From positions 124,001-188,000 of the forward strand of contig OX597821.1 of the NCBI GenBank assembly GCA_951406725.2: a stretch of 64,000 nt of DNA, given 5' to 3'. Under the pieces are notes generated by a model. That model was not told the origin of the DNA. It saw nothing but the letters and a program-made list of their open reading frames with translations, and made no database searches. The DNA comes from Octopus vulgaris. Taxonomy: Eukaryota. Shown here in pieces: positions 38,031 through 48,456 of this stretch; within the stretch, counting starts at the first letter, position 1; each line of letters starts with the position of its first letter. Both the position numbers and the translations under genes were made by a program.

Positions 38031-38949
38031 AAGTTAACAGAGATGAAGCAATATGTCAAGGGGAGCAACTCTTATTTTTACATGACGTTCTTCAGTGTTT
38101 TTGGTAAGCATACAGTTAGAGGAGTCATTTCATTTTATACACAGTTAATTATATTACCGTTGTAGGTTTTAAAGATTAAGTAGTAATGTGTGAATGAGTG
38201 TATATGCATATATTTTATGTTCTAACATCTCATTTTCTCTCTCAGACAACAATAAAGCAACATTGTTTAAAATATTTTAACTTAGTACTACATGATAATT
38301 GTCAGCTAACATCTTGTTTTAAGTTTTCCTTTACCAAACCTCATGATATTGCTTCTAATAAATCTTGATTTTTATGATTGTACCAACTATGATTTCTGTC
38401 TGCTCCCTCAGCCCTACCTCTAACAGATACTGCCCCTTTGTTCTATCAGCCTTAGATATACAAGGATTTGATAAAGTAACCTATAAATTAAAACTGACCC
38501 CATAAAAACAAAAAATCAGTCACAAGCAGAGTCTGTAACAATGTATATCTTCTTGATGCCTTAGTAGCTGCTATGCTGGAGTGAAGGCAGCATGCTCTTT
38601 GTCTATCTCCTTAACTTCTTGGAGATTTCAGGTATGATTATACTAATGTGCCCATCTGTTTTGATTTTATTAAATTCTATGTCTCTGTGCAGCTGAGGAT
38701 TGCTCTGCTTTTAAAATGATGTAATGATTGATTGCATTTTTGAATTAAATGGAGTTGCATGAAACGATCGTATTGCATTACCTCTGAATATCCTTGTTGC
38801 TTATTTTGATTTTAATCACCTTACTTTGAAATTGTATGGATAATACCGTACTAAATTCTGGTGCCTCAACTGAAGTACCATATTCAAATGAATCTATCTA
38901 TCTATCTATATATATATCAAGTAAGTTTATCTATCTATCTATCTATCTA

Positions 38950-38983
<34 letters not shown>

Positions 38984-38991
<8 letters not shown>

Positions 38992-39054
38992 TAATAAAAG
39001 GCTCCCAAATAAGGAAGCTTAGTGCTTATTTGGGAGCCTTTTATTATATTTCTA
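38984..39054. repeat. Perfect 30-bp inverted repeat with an 11-nt loop
   Basis: tagaaatataataaaaggctcccaaataag / cttatttgggagccttttattatatttcta. Confidence 0.95.
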
Positions 39055-39145
39055 CATGAATAATATTTTGTCTAATGACTAATTCGTCTTTTGTGCTAGG
39101 CCACTGGTAATAATAACCTTTGTTATTACCCTTTTTGATTATGTT

Positions 39146-39176
<31 letters not shown>

Positions 39177-39216
39177 ATATATATGGTTCTGAGTTCAGTC
39201 CCACTGCATGCTCTAA

Positions 39217-39843
39217 GCACTCCATGTAACCCCTCATAACTTTTTAAGTTTTTGTAATTTTCAGAAACTTTTGCGAATTTGTGTTCTACACACAGGAAGT
39301 CATACAATTATGTAAAAAATCTAAGAGAATAGATTTAAGGGCTATTTCATTGTTATTTTTAACACATCTCATGACCACCTGATACCTTCCTTGTTTCTTA
39401 TCACTCTGACATATTGATGTTTTTTCAATATATTTCTCCACATTTAATGGTTTATTGCAAGGATTTAAGCCAAAAATCTGGACTATCCCTATGTTAAACT
39501 GATTTTTTAAAAATTTAAAATATTTCTTTTAGTAATTTTTTTATTTCGAAAACTTTTTTAAAATTTGGAAAAAGTTCAAGATGTTAAATTGTGTGTGTGC
39601 GTGTGTGAGGCAGGGGAATTAAATTTTTCTTTTTTGCATAGTCATAATCTCTGACATCTAAAATGCAGGAATCAAAAAAGATATTTTTTAAAAAAATGCA
39701 TTTTTCAAGGAGAGGTGTGAAACTGCATTAGCCCCAAATTTTCTTTTATAGTCATATGAATTCCCATGTGGAGAATACAAATTCGCATGTATTTTCTGAA
39801 AATTCCAAAAATAAAAGAAGTTATGAGTGGTTGTATGGGGTGC
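39217..39843. mobile_element. MITE with about 110-bp imperfect TIRs and a TTAA-like target
   Basis: ctaa|gcactccatgtaacccctcataactt ... aagttatgagtggttgtatggggtgc|ttaa. Confidence 0.7.
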
Positions 39844-39879
39844 TTAAAGCAGAATTCCGCTGAGATGGGTGGGTTTTCT

Positions 39880-40592
39880 CAAGAACCAATCGCCAATCAT
39901 CTTCATCCATTGTCATCTCTTCTGTGAGGCCCAACATTCTGAGATTGGTCCTGTTACTTCATTCCATGTCTTCCTGGGTCTCCCTCTTCCACAGGTGCCA
40001 TCCACTTTCAGTTATTGGCACCTGTTTATACAGTTGTCTACATTCATACGCATCATATGTCCAAACTAACTCTCTTGCATGCTGCATCTGATTCCTCTTA
40101 TGTTCAACTTTTCTCTCAGTCTTATGTCTCACAACCATGGTGTGTAGCCATTTGTACACAAAGAGTCCTTTTGTTACCAACAGAGGTAATAACTCTCTGA
40201 ATTTCTATCGCATTCTTATTCTAGCAACAATACTTTCAGAACATCCTCCACCAATGCTAACTTAGTCACCTAGGTAACAGAAATTGTTTACAACCTCAAG
40301 AGAGCCTCCTGGGCATTTGAGAGAGTCTAATTCCCGTGTGTCCTGAGTGTGTATTGTTCCTGCACATCTGCCACACATGAAGATGACTTCTGTTAATTTA
40401 CATGTGATTCCACTGCACCTTTTATGTGTCCATAGCTTATACTGGGTGCAACAAATGGAATTACTTCCTACTCCTTTTCTACATATTGAGCAAGGAAGCA
40501 AGTGAGAGAGTCTTTTCTGCTTTCTTGTGAACAACAACTTCACTAGGTTAACTTTAAGGCCTTTTGATTCCAGATTTTGCTTCCATACCTGG
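39880..40592 (-). mobile_element. Older RTE LINE fragment
   Basis: LESKGLKVN, PCSICRKGVGSNSICC, WTHKRC, LEVVNNFCYLGD. Confidence 0.85.
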
Positions 40593-40599
40593 TCAGCCA

Positions 40600-40800
40600 T
40601 GTGTAGCGACTCAAAATGAAGCGACCCCATACGATATCAAGTGGAAGATCTTAGAATGGCCAGGTCCCCCACATCAACGGGAGTGTGCGCTGCCAGTTCT
40701 GCATAGCTGAGCATGCTAGTATACTCAAAGACTCCCTGAGACCTGGGTTGCTGAGTACTCGCTAAGAAATTTTCACACATGCATCCAGTTCAAGCACTAC
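40600..40800 (+). mobile_element. Possible Penelope endonuclease C-terminal remnant
   Basis: YDIKWKILE ... RCQFCIAE ... LSTR*EIF pattern resembling the C-terminus of Penelope-like ORFs. Confidence 0.4.
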
Positions 40801-41032
40801 CAGCTCCAAACATGGGATTCCTCATTTGCTGACTAAACCCAGAAGAGTCCTTACGATCCATTAGCAGGCCAAGTGATACATCTCTTATTCCCCTCTCCAA
40901 ATAGCTGGTCTAGAGGAGATAACCCGTCCTCATTAACGCTAGACTTTTTATTCTCTGCTGACCAATTAACCAATGACTGTAACAGCTTTCCACCTCCCAA
41001 AGGGGAAGAGTTAAATTTGTCTTTGGACTAGG

Positions 41033-42065
41033 TAGTGGTTCCCAAACTGTGCACTGCAAGATGTAATAAGGTGCGCCTTGAGAAAATATGAAAAATACAA
41101 ACCGAAATTCACTAGAAAGTTCATATAGAAATGTCTAAGTGGCAAAAAACTAAATACTAAGTTCTAAACTAAGAATAAGAGGTGGTTTAGTCATTCATTT
41201 AGGCTAGTAATGGTATTACAGTGTTATTCAATTTTGAATCTGAAATTTCATAAAGATAAGAACTAAATTAGCATCAGTCTATCCTAGAAATTGACGTCTT
41301 ATGGACATATTCAGTGCGGCTATATTTTAATTTTTTTCATTGATATAGGGGCGAGAATTTTCATCTTTACAATTAATTTTGAAAGACTTCTCAAAAGAGT
41401 CCAATAATATTGTGATACGTTGTCACTTTTCACAGCTCACTGGTCATTTGTCTCAGTTTGACTCTATTAGTAATCTGTGCTCTTTGTGCAATACAATTCA
41501 TACTAACAGACTAAATTACCCATAAAATGGAAAAGTTTAAGAGGAAGCATAACGATGACGATTATGAATCTGAAAGTGAATGTTTGTCAAAAGCAACTAA
41601 GCCTAGAGATAATAATGTGAAAGCTCGACCTAGTCGTAAATATTGCAACAGCTATTTAAAGTTTGAGTTTCATTGGACTGGCAACGAGGATCAACCTCTT
41701 CCGCTGTATGTTGTTTGTGGTGAAAAGATGTCTAATGAAGGCAGGTTGCCCAGCAAGTTGAAAAGGCATTTTACAACTAAACACTCATCTTCATTGTAAA
41801 AATCTGAATTATTTCCAAAGACTGCTAGAACAGCAATCTAAACAATGAAACTATTTTGGGAAAAGGATGAATGCTTCTGAAAAGGCTCAAGTCGTGTCTA
41901 TTGAGATAGCCGAAATGATTGCACTACAAACAAAATTGCCTTCTTTAGTCAAGTTGATTATCTTATCTGCTTGTAGAAAGATGGTTAAAATCATGTGAGG
42001 TGATGAAGCCAATCAAGAAATAAGCAAGATTCCGTTCTCAAATAATGCAATCTATTGGAGAATTA
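41033..42065 (+). mobile_element. hAT (Buster/Charlie-type) transposon 5' fragment
   Basis: TIR-like tagtggttcccaaact; BED-type RKYCNSYLKFEF..CGEKMSNE..PSKLKRHFTTKH; KIPFSNN near 42030. Confidence 0.85.
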
Positions 42066-42351
42066 TGTGTGTATATGTGTGCATATGCAGATTCTATGAA
42101 TGAAGTATTACTTTCACTATGCCTTTTGGAGTAATTTCCCTTTATTCAAAGGTTTGTTTTTTTTCATAGCATTTTGTTTTAATAACTGATGAAATGCCGG
42201 AGCAGACTTCAGCCCCAGTATCCAAAACTCTGAGTTTTATTATGGCAACCAACTAATTGTCACATATTATATTTATAGATAAATTCCTCTATTTTATATA
42301 ATATTGAGGTCTCTTTCATTCTTTTGTTGTCATATTAATATATATATATAT

Positions 42352-43500
42352 TAGACGCATGTGTACGAACAGCCATGCTACATGGCAGTGAAACATGGGC
42401 CATGACTGCTGAGGACATGCGTAAGCTCACAAGGAATGAAGCCAGTATGCTTCGATGGACGTGTAATGTCAGTGTGCATACTTGACAGAGTGTTAGTGCC
42501 TTGAGAGAAAAGTTGGACCTAAGAAGTATCAGATATGGTGTGCAAGAGAGACGACTGCGCTGGTGTGGCTATGTGGCAAGAATCGATGTGGATAGCTGTG
42601 TGAAAAAGTTCCATGCCCTAGCCATTGAGGGAACCTGTGGAAGACCCGGGATGAGGTGGTGAAGCATGACCTTCGAACATTGGGCCTCACTGAGGCAATG
42701 ACTAGTGACTGGGATCTTTGGAAATATGCTGTACATGAGAAGACTCGGCAAGCGCAAGTGAGATCATAACCTTGTGGCCTATGCCAGAAATTACACTAAT
42801 TCTCATTAATACAAACAAAGAGTTCAGAAAAATGCAGTGGGATCTCAAACAAACTGACAGAAGGATTTCATTTGCAATAATAGTGACTGAGACCTTTGGA
42901 AATATGCTGTGCTTGAGAAGACCTGGCAAGCCAAGTGAGACCATAACCTCGTGGCCTATGCCAGGAGTGTAACCAGTCCACTTATGCATACTTTTCCTAC
43001 ATTGGACATTAAACTCTGCTTGCGAAGACCTGTTGAGGCAAGTGAAATCAAAATCAAATTCGATGACTGGCATCCGTTGCTTGTGGAGCGCTAAGAGTAC
43101 CATACGAGTGTGATCGTTGCCAGAGCAACAAGCTGGCCTCCGTGCCGATGGCACATAAAAGTCACCATTCAAGCGTAATCATTACCTGCGTCGCCTTACT
43201 GGCACTTGTGCTGGTGACACATGAAAAAACATTCGAGCCAGGTCGTTGCCAGTGCCACATAAAAAGCACCATTTGAACGTGGCCGTTGCCAGTTCCGCCT
43301 GACAGGCCCTCATGCTGGTTACACGTAAAAGCACCCACTACATTCGCAAAGTGGTTGGCGTTAGGAAGGGCATCCAGCTGTAGAAACTCTGCCAGATCAA
43401 GACTGGAGCCTGGTGCAGCCATCTGGTTCGCCAGACCTCAATCAAATCGTCCAACCCATGCCAGTATGGAAAGTGGACGTTAAACGATGATAATGATGAT
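42352..43500 (+). mobile_element. RTE 3' fragment with an internal duplication and a foreign insert
   Basis: LHGSETW region; ORF end duplicated (42702-42785 and 42881-42965); (gat)n tail. Confidence 0.9.
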
Positions 43501-44544
43501 ATAAAGGAAGAAGAAACTAGAGATTGTGAAATTAATAAGAGTTTAACAACAAATCAGACATCATCCCTAATTGAATCACACACACACATAACAAAAGATT
43601 TTGATGGGTAATTTGGATATTGGTTAGGCTGTGTGTTGTCCTCATATAAAACTAAGTTATCTTAACTTTTCAATGAATCTGTTGTTGCTTGTGTTGGAAG
43701 TCATTAATGATTGTTGGAAGTGTTTGTGCGCCAATGTTGCTGAACTGTATTATTGAACAATTAACAGAAGAATTAGTGTAGTAATTTCACATTACGGAAG
43801 CATTTGAACATAATTTATTGTGTTGTATTAGTATGAAAAGATGTTCACGCATAACAATTAATGGAAGCTTAAGGTGGAAATAGCATAATGTAACATGCAG
43901 GGAAAATGTTTGTTCAAAGTTTGACACTTGAGACGAATTTAACATGCTAAGCAAATATCAAGGTTGAGAGGTTGTGTTGAGAGTGGAAAATTTGGTAAGT
44001 GGCAAAACACAGGTTCTAATCCATTCTTCATGTGCTACACGTTTATGTATGTTTCTTGATGTGAGATCTGCTCTGAAACATATATTTAGGGACGGTCATA
44101 TTGCCAATAAACAATGCACAATTTATTTGATCTTCACATTAGCTTTATTATTAGTTGTTTGTCGGAGATGTGTTTGCCAGTGAGTGACGCGGCATCACCA
44201 GCGCATGAAAAATTAAAGAAATAAAAAAAAAGAATCGTCGAAAATGTTTTTCATTTGACCCTCACCGAAAGTTTGTCTTGATTTGGTTTAGTTCTGCTGA
44301 GATATATGTATTTCGTAATATCAAATAATATTCAACTGATGGCGTTAAAGACAAGCATGTAAGGGTTTAGTAGTAATAGCCAAGACAGAACAACAGCCTT
44401 TCGTTAAACAATATATTCTCGAGACCCACATTATATGAGATGTGTGGAGGTATGCATAGGTGGTAAGAAATAACGTGATGGCAAGTAATATAACGAAGCT
44501 CCAAATTAAGTTTAAGTAATTATATAGAAGTACAACACAACGAT

Positions 44545-44718
44545 TCTGGCAAGAGGTGTGTCCTCGTCCTGCCTTTTACCTACAGGATAATAAATTCCAG
44601 ATTGAAGTGTTGAATCTGTTACATATGACACAAATTAATCGATAGTAACAGATTCAACACTTGAGCCTGGAATTATCCTGAAGGTAAAAGGCTGGACAAG
44701 GACACACCTCTTGCCAGA
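44545..44718. repeat. About 175-bp imperfect palindrome
   Basis: tctggcaagaggtgtgtcct..aagtgttgaatctgttac / gtaacagattcaacactt..aggacacacctcttgccaga. Confidence 0.9.
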
Positions 44719-45444
44719 GAGTTGTCCTTACAGATTAAGCGATAGTAACTCTGCAGTCAATAATCTCCCTTGTTTCTCTCTCTAGTCTTGATATGTCTTC
44801 AAATCTCCCGCTGTTTTCTTCCGGTTTCGCGCTCTCTCTTTAACTTCCCCATTGAAGAGTTATCCATCAGAGATTTGCTTTCCAAACCTCACAAGTTAAT
44901 CATTATTCTTTTGTCCATATTCTCTGAATCACTGATTAAACAAATTTAAACATTAACCAACACAAATCAACCAAATTATTCAAGCAGTGCAAGTAATATC
45001 TATTTGCCTAAGTAATTTTTAGTTCCTTTGTTAAGGTATTTCGGCGATCGGAATTTTTTTTTTTTTTTTTTTTTGCGAAATACGGAGATTACGATTCTGA
45101 TAAAAATTTGTAAAATTTCAAATTTTCAGCAAGAAAAATAAATAAAGAATATATATCCCCAGGCCTTCAAGCAGGCTATTCACATGCTAGAAATAACAGC
45201 CAAATCTCACAAAACTGCGATAACATAATGAAATTTTGAAAATGCGATTTTTGAAATTTGTTTTTCAGAATAGGATCCTTCATAACCAAAAACGTGGGAT
45301 TCCGTAAAAAAAAATCAAAATATATTCATTTTACCCGAATTTATACGGAAAAATCGGATCTTCTGAATTTTCCGAAAGTCCCCTTCCCCCACCCAGGGTC
45401 ATCAGCACGCAATTTTTTTCATATTTGTTTTCCACACACTTGAG

Positions 45445-45820
45445 AGCTGTACTTTTATGATACTTTATAGCATTTCTTCCGGAGTTTTGTTTCGACGAGG
45501 AGGTTTTTCCCTCTTTCTCAAAAGCTGTCATTACTTTCGAGACAGTACTTCTTGATACAGCAAACATTCCGGCTGTTTTCGTTACGCTAGCGCCTGCCAT
45601 ACGAGCACCAACAATTTGACTTCTTTCAAAGTCCTAAAGATCTGTCATTTTAATGAATTTTAATTACCTTTTTCTGATGATATCTGAAAAGAAACAGCAA
45701 TTTTGGCAAAACATATTATGCAACACTAATAATAAATCAAAAAACAAAAATAAATGAGCTTTTGACGATTTTATAGATATTTCAAAATTATGCTGTTTCC
45801 ATTCTTTTGTCCAACTCCTG
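45445..45820 (-). mobile_element. Tc1 transposon left end with HTH fragment
   Basis: TA|caggagttggacaaaagaatggaaaca terminus; MTDL*DFERSQIVGARMAGASVTKTA..VSRSTVSKV..NSGR. Confidence 0.85.
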
Positions 45821-45972
45821 TATATGCATATATATATATATAAGTGCAAACAAGGGAGTCAGAGAAAGGCAGAATGCCACCTATATCTGAACACTACTAT
45901 GGAAGTATTCCTTTAAAAAAACCTTTCTTCTAATTTTTCAAAATTTTTCTAAATTTAATTATTTAATCGTTA

Positions 45973-46010
45973 CAGTTGAAAAAGTCTCAAAATGACCGAA
46001 ACCGGTACTG
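45973..46010 (+). ncRNA. Minimal hammerhead-like motif with a U3-A8 core variant
   Basis: cag-TTGAAAA-agtc..gacc-GAAA-CCGG-TA-ctg; palindromic ACCGGT; element ends in (TA)n. Confidence 0.6.
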
Positions 46011-46230
46011 AAAGATTCACTATAAAATCATCTTAGCATTTTCTATTTTTGACTTGTTTTTTCATATATATATATATATATATATATATGTATACATATG
46101 CACATGTATGTATATATATGCACATGTATATGTATGTATATGTGTATATATGCTTATATATGTATATATGTGTACATATGCATATATAAATGTATATATA
46201 TGTACATATGGATATATATGTATATACATG

Positions 46231-47295
46231 TATCATCATCATTGTTTATCGTCCGCTTTCCATGCTGGCATGGGTTGGACGGTTCAACTGGGGTCTGGGA
46301 AGCCAGAAGGCTGCACCAGGCTCAGTCTGATCTGGCAATGTTTCTACGGCTGGATGCCCTTCCTAACGCCAACCACTCCATGAGTGTAGTGGGTGCTTTT
46401 TACATGCCACCGGCACAGGTGCCAGACGAGGCTGGCAAACGGCCATGGTCGGATGGTGCTTTTTACGTGCCACCAGCACGGAGGCCAGGTGAGGCTGGCA
46501 AACGGCCACGATCGGATGGTGGTTTTCATGTGCTACCGGCACGGAGGCCAGGCGAGGCTGGCAACGGCCACGGTTGGATGGTGCTTTTTACTTGCCACCG
46601 GCATGGAAGCCAGTCAGGGCGGCACTGGCAACGGCCACGTTCGGATGGTTCTCTTATGAGCCACCAGCACTGGTATCACAGCTACAATTTCCATTCATGT
46701 TGATCGATTTTGATTTTTGATATTTTGATTTGATTTTCAGTTGCCTCAACAGGTCTTCACAAGTAGGGTTTTGTGTCCCAAGAAGGAAAGGTATGCATAA
46801 GTGGACTGAGGCCATGGGTGATGGTCTCTGTTGTCCTGCCAGGTCTTCTCACACGCAGCATACTTCCAAAGGTCTCGGTCTCTTGTCATTTCCTCGGTGA
46901 GACCTAAAGTTCGAAGGTCGTGCTTCACCACCTCATCCCAGGTTTTCCTGGGTCTGCCTCTTCCACAGGTTCCCTCAACAGCTAGTGGTACTTTTTCACA
47001 CAACTATCTTCATCCATTCTCACCACATGGCCATACCAGTGCAAACGTCTTTCTTGCACACCGCAACTGATGCTTCTTAGGTCCAACTTCTCTCTCAAGG
47101 TACTTACACTCTGTCGAATATGAACACTGACATTACACATTCATTGGAGCATACTGGCTTCATTTCTTGCGAGCTTACACATATCCTCAGCAGTCATGGC
47201 CCATGTTTCACTGCCATGTAGCATGGCTACTCTGAGTGAGAGGCCTTTGTCCCTAGCAGAGGTAAGAGCTCTCTGAACTTTGCCCAAGCTATTCT
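46231..47295 (-). mobile_element. RTE 3' fragment
   Basis: RGRPRKTWDEVVKHDL, 3' UTR repeats, (gat)n tail at 46231. Confidence 0.92.
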
Positions 47296-47324
47296 TTCTC
47301 TATATATGTGTATATATGCATATG

Positions 47325-47557
<233 letters not shown>

Positions 47558-47783
47558 TATATATATATGTATGCATATGTATATATATATATGTATATAT
47601 GTATGTATCATCATCATCATCATCATCATTTAACGTCCGCTTTCCATGCTAGCATGGGTTGGACGGTTCAACTGGGGTCTGGGGAGCCCGAAGGTTGCAC
47701 CAGGCCAGTCAGATCTGGCAGTGTTTCTACAGCTGGATGCCCTTCCTAACGCCAACCACTCCGAGAGTGTAGTGGGTGATTTT

Positions 47784-48215
47784 ATGTGCCACCGACACAG
47801 GTGCCAGACGAGGCTGGCGAACGGCCACGCTCGGATGGTGTTTTTATGTGCCACCGACACAGGTGCCAGACGAAGCTGGCGAACGGCCACGCTCGGATGG
47901 TGTTTTTATGTGCCACCGACACAGGTGCCAGACAAGGCTGGCGAACGGCCACGCTCGGATGGTGTTTTTATGTGCCACCGACACAGGTGCCAGACAAGGC
48001 AGCAGACGACCACGCTCGGATGGTGTTTTTTATGTGCCACTGACACAGGTGCCAGACGAGGCTGGCGAACGGCCACGCTCGGATGGTGTTTTTATGTGCC
48101 ACCGACACAGGTGCCAGACAAGGCTAGCAGACGACCACGCTCGGATGGTGTTTTTTATGTGCCACCGACACAGGAGCCAGATTAGGCTGGCGATCGGCCA
48201 CGATTGGATGGTGAT
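47784..48215. repeat. 62-bp tandem array (7 units) in the RTE 3' UTR
   Basis: Units start at 47784, 47846, 47908, 47970, 48032, 48094 and 48157. Confidence 0.95.
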
Positions 48216-48456
48216 TGTTACGTGCCCACAGCATGGAGGCCAGTCGGTGCGGTACTGGCTACGGCCACGTTCGGATGGTTTTCTTGTGTGCCACCGGCAC
48301 TGGTACCACAAAGATACAAATTCCATTGATGTTCATCTATTTTGATTTTGTTTGATTTTCACTTGCCTCAACAGGTCTTCACAAGTGTCACAAGAAGGAA
48401 GGTATGCACAGGTGGACTGACTACGTCCCAGGTAGGGGCCACGGGTTATGGCCTGA

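Noticed and set aside
47784-48215. Regular repeat array resembling a CRISPR
   Set aside because: Units are head-to-tail with no unique spacers, lie in a LINE 3' UTR, and there are no cas genes; the context is eukaryotic.
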